In this document: positions 51,601 to 57,987 of the stretch, piece after piece | Position numbering within the stretch: the first letter of the stretch is position 1 | Layout of the letters: every line of letters starts with the position of its first letter | Translations under genes and position numbers: made by a program | Assembly: GCA_977016875.1 (NCBI GenBank) | Contig: CDRNST010000040.1 | Span: 930,001-994,000 of the forward strand | Direction: 5' to 3' | Source: Pavona decussata | Lineage: Eukaryota | DNA: 64,000 nucleotides | The notes under the pieces: model-generated | Databases searched by the model: none | What the model was told of the DNA's origin: nothing | The model's input: the letters and a program-made list of their open reading frames with translations, nothing else

Positions 51601-54600
51601 ACATATCAGGGATATTAAAGTTTTTTAATTTCTTTGGGAAATAAGGCTTTGAATGGCCGACATCAAATCCAGGTCTTGTGATTACGCCGTCGTGTCTCGA
51701 AGTTAGCACGAGCTCAATTGGGGGTGGTTCGTCCGACATGCCAACATGATTTAATGGCAACATATTCCGCCGTAAACCAGTGGTAGATCTATATCCTAGA
51801 AATCATTGCATTCCAAGAAGGCGAACAGTATGAAGTATTCTAGGTGACCGGTAATCTAACCCGTTCATTGGCATACGTCGTAGAAACTTCTGAGGCTTCA
51901 CTGGGATATCACTAGGAATGACAGTCATTTCTTAGTGATAACTAGTTCATAGGCAGTTCAACAGGCTAAGAAAACATTCCGATTACGTTTTAAGGACTCT
52001 ATTAAGAGAAAGAACAACTGGCTTTTGATAGCACAGACTGTAAAATTTCAGGTTAAAAAGGGCAACAGAAAAAATATAAAAGAAAATTAACGAAGAAGAA
52101 AAACTGAGAGTGCATTTCTTTACAGACGAAATTTTTCTTTTCATCTATAAAATTAATCAGTTTATTGTTGGATTATGACACTTTGTGAAACTTATAGGCG
52201 TGTGGTGTCATGCAATTTTTGTGATAAATAATTCTGGATGGTAAACGTTTCAAATCGCCATGCACAAATACAGCCAAGTACTAGCATACGTTTTTAAAAT
52301 ACTGACTTAGGCAACCAATATTGTATTAAGGAAACATCTTTATTACATCACACTACTTGCTTCACTAGTAGATCGTGCGAGTGACGTAATTCCAGCTTAC
52401 TGTGGTACAGTCGAACGTGTATGAAGTGTCACCCTCGGGAAAATGGCTAAGTTACGTGGAACGCTTCATACAGGTTGACGCTTAATACAGGTTGCACAGA
52501 ATACGCGTCGAACACACTTACTTTGTTAAGAAACGTCAGCGATGAAATGGTATGACAAAAGAAAACATGATATAGAAACGGACTAACAAAACATTAATGG
52601 GAAAGAAACAAATCGTTGGAACTTAGTGAAGGATGACCACGACCGCTTAAGAGAAGTGACTGTGTTTAATGGTCTCTGTCTGTTGATGTGTTTAGATTAC
52701 CGTGCAACAGAACAGTTGTGACGGCTTACCTCAGTCTTGCCCGGCGGGGCCTGTAACCGAGACTCGTACCTCTATGTGCACGTGTCAATCCGTGTCTTGC
52801 TCGTGGGGAGCGTGGGGAAATTGGTCTGGTAAATGTGGCACGGTCAACAGAACACGCCACATTGTGGAGAACCAGACAACGGTTCAAGCTGAAAACTGTG
52901 ATGCAGTTCCAAAGAAATGCATGCAACAGCCGGAAACTGAGAACAACAAACTTCCAGATTGTAAGTGTTTCCGGAAATGCTTGTTAGGGATTCCATTATG
53001 CGTGCTGCATCGACCTTTATTGCTTTTTTCCATTGTTTGATTTTAAAGGGGCACTGTCTCGTCGATTTTGCTGGATTTTGGTCGAAACGGCTCAAATATA
53101 AATATATATAATCACTTTTAGTGGTTTTCGACAATACACATAGACAACTTGCTATTAAAAAAAATTGGCAAGCCGAAGATAATTAATACTAGTTTCTGTG
53201 CATTAGTAGGGTTATTGCTAAATCAACTGAATCATTATTTTGACCATTTCATCAATTCAAATATGTTTTTTGGCCAATCAAAGTGAGACAAAAAATAGGC
53301 CCCTTTAATGTTTGGCAACTTTTCGACCTCCTTTGATAGGTTTGTAATGGCTTTGATCTCAACGGGCCGATCAACGTGCAAATCATTTGCAAGGCGAAGT
53401 CGATTTCTAATAGCCTGTTCCAGGCTCCTAGAGAGAAGCGCGAAGGAGAGGGCGAGGGGACGAAAACGAGGGGGGCTGGGGAGAGAAAAAGAGGGAAAGA
53501 AGAGGAGCCTGTAATCATTCTCTTAAATACCTCATGCCGGTATACCAGCTCCCGGTATACCCTCTGATTGGTCAGTTTTGACAGTTCAGACATCACTCAA
53601 AAGATATCGCGAAAGAATCTGAAAGAGTCAAAATGGCGAGTGTGTCACACGCGCGTGGTTTTGATGAGACTGAGTTTAATACAGTTTTAGAGAATTGTCT
53701 TCGAGATTTTCCGCAAGTTAAAGTACTCAGGAAGGAGCAAAAAGCTTGCCTTCTCAATCTAGCTCGTGGGAAAGACGTTTTCGCCATTCTACCCACCGGT
53801 TTCGGGAAGAGCTTGATATTTCAACTGTTTCCTCGAGTCTCGAGTGCTTTGTGCTCAAGTGAAGTCAAGCCGTTGTCAACCATTATAGTGGTTTTCTCCG
53901 TTGGTTTCAGTGATAAGAGATCAGGTCGAGCAGTTAAAACAACTAGGGTTCTCGGCCGCAGCAATAGGAATTGGCGACGAATGTATAACAAATGCTATAG
54001 CTCTCGAAAGCAAGAGACAACAATGATAAGCTTTGAAAGACGAGGATCTGTTAGACACTCATATCCGTGATAAACAAACATCCTGCGGCAGTTTCAATCT
54101 TCCCGAAGTGATATGCAATAGCATAAGCATGAATTCACAAGTAAAGAACTCCACGGATCCTGTATCTTCACAGATAAAATTTATTTAGCGCTACCTGAAA
54201 TCTTGCAGTTAATCCTAGCCGCTAAACTTTAACAAATGCCACAGAGCTAGCATACACAATGGCATATCAAAATCTAATCCTAACGGCTCAGAATGATCAG
54301 TAAGAAACTCTCCATTCAGTTTATATGAGAATTCCCCCTCACGATTAAGATGAATAACATTAAGCAGAGCCGTCGCATCACGTTTTGATCAAAAGGGAAG
54401 AAGCTCTTATACAAAAGGAAAATCGCTTAAAGACATGCTTGCATTGTAAAAGCTTTTATCAAAACAACGCACACACAGTGGGAGTCGTGCAGGTCTGTCA
54501 ACCGCATTTTAACATATTTAAACGTGCCATAAATTCTGGCCAGGATCCTCGCACAAATGAGGCAGCTGACGCTGGAAAGCTCTTCGTTTCTCAATAGCTT

Positions 54601-56987
54601 GCGAAGATACAACCAAGCGAAGACACAACATCTGCCAACACTAGAGTCTCGTCGCTCGATAACGTCGCGTTAATAAGTTCCTTATTTCGAACAGCGTTGA
54701 ACAAGTACACCCGGGGAACTTTCGTTCCAAGACACGTCAAATTTTTTTGGCAAAATCTACAGGATTTTGAGGGTTGAAATCTCAAACCCGGAGAACCTTT
54801 CGGTGTCCGCGACATCGAAGCGATGTAAGGACAACCGCGCGAACTCGAGAACTCGCGTGAGTAATCGAAACCCGGACAATGAAAAGTTTGACATTTTGAC
54901 ATGTTGACACATTTTGGAAAAAGTGGGCGGCATGAGGTGTTTAAGAGAATGATTACAGGCTCCTCTTCTTTCCCTCTTTTCCTCTCCCCCACCCCCGTCG
55001 TTTTCGTCCCCTCGCCCTCTCCTCCGCGCGTCTCTCTAGGAGCCTGGAACAGGCTAATTTTAATTTCTAACAGCGACTTTGCCTCACGAATACGTGCGCT
55101 CTATTCGCACAGCTGTGGTAGTAACCAATAAAAATTTATCATGAAGATCCCAAAAGTTCTCAAAGCTAATGTTATAAGTTCAGTCTCTACACCTAAAAAA
55201 GAAAGGAGCTTGTCTCTTTATTACTACAAATAATCATTTTCCTTTTTTTCAAAGACCATTCATGTTTTGAAATAGACAGCATTTGCTATTATAGCCACTA
55301 TTATTGTTTGAGTTACTGTAACGCTGCATGATAAAGATTGAGTTAAATCTTCAGTTAAATCGTTTCTGTTATATTGCCAATGGTACCCGCTAAAAGAAAT
55401 AAAGAGTTGGAACGAAACCTTTCTTGCGAGGTGCTTTAAGTTGCTTCCAAAATTCAAGAAAATATAGATATCTTTCGCGTTTGGAATCGTGGAAATTTTT
55501 AAACAAGAAAGGAGTTTGTCTCTTTGTTATTAGAAATACCCATTTCCATTTTTTTTTTCATGCAAAGACCGTTAATTTTTGTAATAGACAGAATTTGCCA
55601 CTATTATTATTTACTGTAACTCTGCGTGATAAAGACTGAGCCATAAATTCTGTTAAATCGTTTCTGTTATATTGCCATTATATGTTAACCGATAAAAGAA
55701 ATAAAAAGTTTGAGCGAAACATTTTTCGCGTTTGGAAATCGTGGAAATTATTAAACTTCATTAACACCCCATCTCCCTATTTGTCAGGTAATTATATTTT
55801 AACAAGTCATCTCTGTTCTTCCACTTACATTCCGTGGCACTCGGCTTCAAGACAAAACTCTTGTGCCACAGTAGAAAGTACGATTTTCAAGTATTCTATC
55901 TGTTTTACTCCTTTAAACTGTTGTTATAAGGTGAGGAATGCTTTACGGTGGAATGCAGTTACAATCCTTGGGGCGCCTGGTCTGCAACCTGTGGCAATGC
56001 GATTAGGCAACGTACACAGGTAATCAAGGAAATCCTGATGATGCTACCGAGTTGTGTTGGGCTTCCCTTGGAATGCTTCGGAGATCAAGTTCAGGAAGAA
56101 AGGAGAAACACCCCAATATGTAAGGATAAAATTATATACGAAAATTGAAGGTCCGTAAACAGGATTCATATATAGTAGTACTCACAAAATGTTCTCTGGT
56201 TATTAGTTATAGTAGTTAATAGTTATAATGGATAAAACGTTCTCTGGTTAACAGTTTAATATTCTAATATTTTGGCTTCCCCGGGCTTTCTTGCCTCGTT
56301 AATGTTTCCTTAATATCATATCTGTGAGTGTGTAAATGTGAGGAAAATCAATAAACTGAACTGAACTTTGAGCTTTCGAAAAGTTGTCAAAAGTTCATAG
56401 ATTTTTAAACTTTTAACCAGGGAAAGTTTTATCATTACTACGACAAAATAATAATTGAGGAATCTTGAGAAGACATAGCTAGGGCGTTGAACTTGAAATA
56501 TGGCAGCTCTCGGTCCTAGGCCTGTTTTTTTGTTTTTTGGTCAGTTCCGTTTGCCAGTACAGACGACTCCTGATAACTCGAACCTTCAAGGGAATTCATA
56601 AAGGTTCGAGTTATCGGGAGTTCGACAACAACNNNNNNNNNNNNNNNNNNNNNNNNNNNNNNNNNNNNNNNNNNNNNNNNNNNNNNNNNNNNNNNNNNNN
56701 NNNNNNNNNNNNNNNNNNNNNNNNNNNNNNNNNNNNNNNNNNNNNNNNNNNNNNNNNNNNNAAGAAAGAAATTATAATCAATTTTGATTTGAACAAGAAA
56801 GTCGGTTGTTGTTGATCCAACAAATGTTGTACAATAATGTTAGATCGTTTAGCCGGGGCTTAAGACCCCTTTCACCTTAACAGGTATGTAAAGTAAAATA
56901 GTGCATTAAGACAATTTATTGAAGTGTCTGCACAACTCTTGTCTTCCAGGTCCGACCACAAAACCCACTTCAAATCCAACCAACTGA
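9575..56987 (+). CDS. Multi-exon gene (37 coding exons, about 2158 aa): secreted FN2 / CBM67-like / F5-8C / 3x vWA / 20x TSR mosaic protein (coadhesin- or TRAP-like extracellular adhesion/lectin protein)
   Basis: Exons joined by hand through GT-AG sites. Phases match at every junction and the total of 6477 nt is open from ATG 9575 to TGA 56985-56987. No transmembrane segment or obvious GPI signal at the C-terminus (...CPTTKPTSNPTN*). Confidence 0.88.
10121..10690 (+). repeat. Diverged direct repeat (about 10121-10330 vs 10494-10690) in intron 1
   Basis: Shared GACACCT..CATATACAGAGGGTCT.GTAAAGTAGCCAAAG..TTTCCATG..GGTA..CGT.TAATTTCACGT. Confidence 0.75.
10775..10797 (+). CDS. Exon 2: 23-nt microexon (R)LTEAGDG, end of signal peptide
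   Basis: tttcatttaaacag|TTTAACC...GGAG|gtaggt. Phase 2 in, phase 1 out. Provides a plausible TEA|GD cleavage site. Confidence 0.7.
11254..11294 (+). ncRNA. Hammerhead-like motif (variant core) in intron 2
   Basis: TTCC-CTGAGAAT-GGCG TCATGACGT CGCC-GAAACGTC-GGAA. Confidence 0.5.
11513..11671 (+). CDS. Exon 3: fibronectin type II (FN2) domain
   Basis: Translates to MCKMKTVDNKCCVFPFVYRGTTYNACASVRASKLWCSLSPSYDEDKQYGYCR, matching the FN2 pattern C-x-FPF-x-Y...WC...YD-x-D-xx-[WY]GYC. Phase 1-1. Confidence 0.9.
13043..13139 (+). CDS. Exon 4: N-half of CBM67-like lectin domain
   Basis: GMEGKLSGDDQTWVYANGRYLGNDNGRWNVPN. AG and GT boundaries, phase 1 to 2. Confidence 0.8.
14682..15010 (+). CDS. Exon 5: C-half of CBM67-like lectin domain
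   Basis: FYFPADLQSVAVYVKNKGGLAGFIASFGNGIVTDGTWKC...WQTAGFDDSNWPAA...AKWIG...IFCRR. Donor A|GTGAGT. Confidence 0.85.
15109..15508. mobile_element. PIF/Harbinger-type MITE
   Basis: TAA|AGGCGAGTTTTCACTAGGAC...GTCCTAGTGAAAACCAGCGT|TAA, with subterminal AGCATA repeats. Confidence 0.8.
15595..15770 (+). CDS. Exon 6: F5/8 type C (discoidin) domain, part 1
   Basis: CDRPLGLQSGWVENNQMTASSVWDGKHAAWRGRL...GAWSAKYNNPNQWIQ. Confidence 0.92.
16390..16533 (+). CDS. Exon 7: F5/8 type C domain, part 2
   Basis: ISFHRPMKINALATQGRADFNQWVTSYTLSYSEDG... Phase 0-0. Confidence 0.92.
17035..17176 (+). CDS. Exon 8: F5/8 type C domain, part 3
   Basis: VFSANSDRNTVVKH...IEARFVRLHPKTWRAGISMRMELYGC. Donor G|GTAAGT. Confidence 0.92.
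17757..17990 (+). CDS. Exon 9: vWA domain 1, part 1 (MIDAS DESGS)
   Basis: CKVDVGILMDESGSV...QFGVITFS. Confidence 0.92.
18846..18934 (+). CDS. Exon 10: vWA domain 1, part 2
   Basis: GGWTYTSKALNLAYNQLFTAAKGARANVAK, 89 nt. Confidence 0.9.
20111..20348 (+). CDS. Exon 11: vWA domain 1, part 3
   Basis: VLIVITDGKATGG...IISVGVG...ELRFMAS. Confidence 0.92.
20749..20937 (+). CDS. Exon 12: TSR-like repeat 1
   Basis: CRYVVCDYNTWGAWSATCGTGMRRTR...C..C. Phase 1-1. Confidence 0.9.
22120..22296 (+). CDS. Exon 13: TSR-like repeat 2
   Basis: CPCISVACSWNLWGSWSSTCGRMTRQR. Confidence 0.9.
22625..22780. repeat. Imperfect palindrome made of two inverted, degenerate hammerhead-bearing segments
   Basis: TTTTGAAAACACGTTTCGACAGCTCTTTTGTTATCTTT ... 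AAAGATGACAGAAGAGCTGCCGAAACTTGTTTTCAAAA. Confidence 0.75.
22888..23124 (+). CDS. Exon 14: vWA domain 2, part 1
   Basis: CKGELGILMDESGSI...QMGVITYS. Confidence 0.92.
24760..24848 (+). CDS. Exon 15: vWA domain 2, part 2
   Basis: GGWTYTSKALNIAKNQLFHSSYGARSGVSK, 89 nt. Confidence 0.9.
25585..25822 (+). CDS. Exon 16: vWA domain 2, part 3
   Basis: ILIVLTDGATTGG...IFAIGIG...ELELMAT. Confidence 0.92.
26375..26577. mobile_element. piggyBac-like MITE
   Basis: TTAT|CCCTATCTAGACCGGG...CCCGGTATAGATAGGG|TTAA. Confidence 0.65.
26792..26980 (+). CDS. Exon 17: TSR-like repeat 3
   Basis: CKYVTCEYSVWSSWSSSCGSGMNRKR. Confidence 0.9.
27771..27807 (-). ncRNA. Minimal type I hammerhead ribozyme motif of the Penelope element
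   Basis: Minus strand reads TTCCA-CTGATGA-AGGGC TAA GCCC-GAAA-CATC-TGGAA: stem I TTCCA/TGGAA, canonical core, stem II. Confidence 0.8.
27891..30665 (-). pseudogene. Penelope polyprotein of about 924 codons, interrupted by one TAA (30215-30213)
   Basis: 150 aa (MSSTKDF...KTVKDS), then TAA, then an immediately in-frame ATG opening the 773-aa RT/GIY-YIG ORF. Confidence 0.8.
30803..30979 (+). CDS. Exon 18: TSR-like repeat 4
   Basis: CPCKYVTCAWNPWGGWSATCGRMTRQR. Confidence 0.9.
32070..32721. mobile_element. PIF/Harbinger non-autonomous element with a MADF (Myb/SANT-like) remnant
   Basis: TAA TSD, TIR AGGCTGGTTTCCATATGATCGC, subterminal GATCGCA repeats. Minus strand reads YECVY..SRRDFNDKNKKASYWDKIG...SAEEAEAKF / NIRTAYGRY. 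Confidence 0.85.
32789..33025 (+). CDS. Exon 19: vWA domain 3, part 1
   Basis: CKVELGVIMDESGSI...QMGVITFS. Confidence 0.92.
34312..34400 (+). CDS. Exon 20: vWA domain 3, part 2
   Basis: GGWTFTDRALQLAKTQLFTSSNGARPGVTK, 89 nt. Confidence 0.9.
34447..35443 (+). repeat. Near-perfect tandem duplication (about 497-bp unit) including the acceptor and first 63 nt of exon 21
   Basis: 34447-34944 matches 34944-35443, differing visibly only in A-run length. Confidence 0.95.
35381..35618 (+). CDS. Exon 21: vWA domain 3, part 3
   Basis: ILLIVTDGASNSG...IFSVGVG...ELEFMAS. Confidence 0.92.
36381..36569 (+). CDS. Exon 22: TSR-like repeat 5
   Basis: CKYVTCDYSLWSSWSISCGKGMKRKR. Confidence 0.9.
37157..37333 (+). 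CDS. Exon 23: TSR-like repeat 6
   Basis: CQCNYVTCSWNEWSSWSATCGVSTRQK. Confidence 0.9.
38003..38270 (+). CDS. Exon 24: 1.5 TSR-like repeats
   Basis: CPCRSVRCTWKPWTGWSATCG...CTCLTVQCAWSQWSDWSASCG. Donor CA|GTGAGT, phase 2. Confidence 0.9.
38905..39050 (+). mobile_element. tRNA-derived SINE, with a related degenerate copy at about 8268-8410
   Basis: TAGCTCAGTGGTTAGAGC...GGTTCGATTCC followed by a T-rich tail. No acceptor-stem pairing. Confidence 0.75.
39091..39272 (+). CDS. Exon 25: TSR-like half+half
   Basis: DTQVTVQKESCDGLPQSC...CACRTVSCTWEEWSSWSTTCG. Confidence 0.88.
39652..39839 (+). CDS. Exon 26: TSR-like, B-type (188 nt)
   Basis: ETLITVNKPSCAGLPQKC...CTCPTVECRWNEWTDWSATCG. Confidence 0.9.
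40126..40300 (+). mobile_element. tRNA-head SINE (second family)
   Basis: TGGCGCAGTAGTGAGAGCACTCGCCTCC...GTTCGGTTCCC box A/B-like head. Confidence 0.6.
40578..40749 (+). CDS. Exon 27: TSR-like, A-type (172 nt)
   Basis: TTVQKLKCEGLPQSC...CKCKTVNCEWAMWSSWSTTCG. Confidence 0.9.
41582..41769 (+). CDS. Exon 28: TSR-like, B-type
   Basis: ETVVEIFKPDCSGLPQSC...CSCPTVNCNWKEWSAWSATCG. Confidence 0.9.
42035..42984. mobile_element. Tc1/pogo-type MITE (TA TSD)
   Basis: TA|CAATCGAACCAGGTCAAGCGTACCCCCCTAGA...TCTAGGGGGGTACGCTTGACCTGGTTCGACTG|TA. Confidence 0.85.
44958..45018 (+). pseudogene. Truncated A-type TSR exon fragment
   Basis: tgtacag|ACAACAGTTCAGCAAGTGAAATGTGAAGGTTTGCCTCAGTCGTGT (TTVQQVKCEGLPQSC), then runs into intron sequence and a stop. 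Confidence 0.85.
45084..45255 (+). CDS. Exon 29: TSR-like, A-type
   Basis: 172 nt, near-identical to exons 27, 31 and 33. Confidence 0.88.
45829..46016 (+). CDS. Exon 30: TSR-like, B-type
   Basis: 188 nt, near-identical to exons 28 and 32. Confidence 0.88.
46058..46250. mobile_element. TA-flanked MITE, with a paralogous copy at about 48270-48460
   Basis: TACAGTTAGCTCTCG..CGGACACC...GGTTGATTGTA. Same position relative to a B-type exon in both copies. Confidence 0.7.
46718..46889 (+). CDS. Exon 31: TSR-like, A-type
   Basis: 172 nt, cag|ACC...G|gtaagc. Confidence 0.88.
47036..47406. mobile_element. TTAA-flanked (Kolobok-like) MITE, with an inverted copy at about 43305-43674 and a related element at about 53047-53324
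   Basis: TTAA|AGGGGAAATATCA...TGATACTTCCGCT|TTAA. Internal sequence is reverse-complementary to 43305-43674. Confidence 0.65.
48056..48243 (+). CDS. Exon 32: TSR-like, B-type
   Basis: 188 nt, ccag|AA...AAG|gttatc. Confidence 0.88.
48946..49117 (+). CDS. Exon 33: TSR-like, A-type
   Basis: 172 nt, cag|ACC...G|gtaagc. Confidence 0.88.
51141..51328 (+). CDS. Exon 34: TSR-like, B-type with a divergent 3' half
   Basis: ETVVEVFKPDCSSLPQSC...CKWSEWSDWSATCGPATRQK. Donor GTAAGT. Confidence 0.9.
52696..52960 (+). CDS. Exon 35: 1.5 TSR-like repeats
   Basis: ITVQQNSCDGLPQSC...CSWGAWGNWSGKCG...KLPDC. Confidence 0.9.
53411..55056. mobile_element. Non-autonomous Academ(H)-like DNA transposon with long TIRs and a RecQ helicase fragment
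   Basis: Termini TAGCCTGTTCCAGGCTCC...GGAGCCTGGAACAGGCTA with about 130-bp imperfect TIRs. Left arm has a RecQ-type fragment (DVFAILPTGFGKSLIFQ). Right arm has a convergent CxxC...CxxC ORF remnant. Confidence 0.75.
53633..53981 (+). pseudogene. Truncated, frameshifted RecQ-like SF2 helicase N-terminus
   Basis: Motif 0 LRKEQ and motif I LPTGFGKS. Removing one extra T at about 53893 restores motif Ia VVSPLVSVIRDQVEQL. Confidence 0.85.
55238..55755 (+). repeat. Diverged tandem duplication (about 55238-55505 vs 55541-55755)
   Basis: Shared AAAGACC..AATAGACAG..GTTAAATCGTTTCTGTTATATTGCCA..TAAAAGAAATAAA..TTTCGCGTTTGGAA. Confidence 0.75.
55931..56119 (+). CDS. Exon 36: last TSR-like repeat
   Basis: CEECFTVECSYNPWGAWSATCGNAIRQR. 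Confidence 0.9.
56950..56987 (+). CDS. Exon 37: final coding segment CPTTKPTSNPTN*
   Basis: ttgtcttccag|GT CCG...TGA. Phase 1 completes the final Cys. Donor GAG|GTAGGT 9 nt after the stop. The gap at 56633-56761 could hide more sequence. Confidence 0.7.
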
Positions 56988-57408
56988 TAAAATGAGGTAG
57001 GTCTTTTATAAGTTAAATCAAACAGAAGAGACTTTAATTGCCATACGCTTTGCATCCACTGTTCTTAAATCTGCACGCGGGGAAATTTCCGATTGGTGAG
57101 TGGGTTTGTAAAGCAATTTCTTCGTAAACCCTTAAACGTCTATTACCAGCGGGAAATTAATTCAGTGCCACTGGAACTAACGCAAGGAAAATTAACGTAG
57201 TAGACCATACTTTTGTCTGTTAACGAGAGGTATCGACGAAAAAAAGAACAAACTGGTCATTCCCTGGTCAATAACCCTCAAGGCTGTAAAAAATCACCGC
57301 TGCCACTTGGTTCGTATGTTCCCTTGTGGAGTCTTGTAAATTAGAAAGTATCTTCGTAAAAATTAAGAGTTATTTGATTTGTGTCATTGTCCCCCCCCTC
57401 CCCCTTTA

Positions 57409-57774
57409 TTAGGGAGCTTAAGCAACAACGACGGGAACAGCAACGAAAATGTCACCTGAAAAATATTCTTTATTTCATTTGCGCCACTTCGCGATTATTT
57501 CAACTCGCTCAGCTTTTACAAAATTGCGAACTATTCAGGAACCTAATTGGTAGGAGTGGCATACAAGTTAGGAAAGAAAATGAAAAAATCACCGCCGTGC
57601 GTTTACGTTCTCCACAAAGCCTTAAATGTGGTAATTTCAAGTCGTTGTATTGCAGAGGACGGCAAAGAAAGGTACCAAAATGTAAAACGCACATGCAGAG
57701 CGATCGTTTTTGCTCATTAAACCTATTGTTTTGTGGTGTTGTCGTTGTCGTTGCCGTTGCTTAAGCTCCATAAT
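57409..57774. mobile_element. MITE family AGGGAGCTTAAGCAAC..., with other copies at about 5180-5524, 13480-13829 and 50770-50980
   Basis: TIR TAGGGAGCTTAAGCAAC...GTTGCTTAAGCTCC and a shared internal motif AAATGTACCAAAA..TGCACGTGC. Confidence 0.7.
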
Positions 57775-57981
57775 AACTTTGTATCACCGTTATATATATT
57801 TTTGTAGTTGGTTTTTAATGCGTTATCTGTTTCTTCTCGTAGATTGACCGTTATTCTATAGAACTCACGTGGCACAGCTGGGGGAAATCATAAAGCACCG
57901 GGTGATTTTGTTGGCATATCAACTTTATTATTTTTGGATCGCTTTATCTAGAAACACTGTAACAGTTAAAAACAGGCCATA

Positions 57982-57987
57982 AATAAA
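57982..57987 (+). promoter_or_regulatory. Candidate polyadenylation signal in a non-coding terminal exon starting about 57843
   Basis: Acceptor tctgtttcttctcgtag at 57842 followed by AATAAA. Confidence 0.45.

Noticed and set aside
51533-51763. 76-aa minus ORF with protein-like composition
   Set aside because: No recognisable motif and flanked by stops. It may be decayed mobile DNA but cannot be assigned.
53633-54070. Host RecQ/BLM/WRN gene
   Set aside because: Frameshifted, truncated after motif Ia, and enclosed by long TIRs inside an intron.
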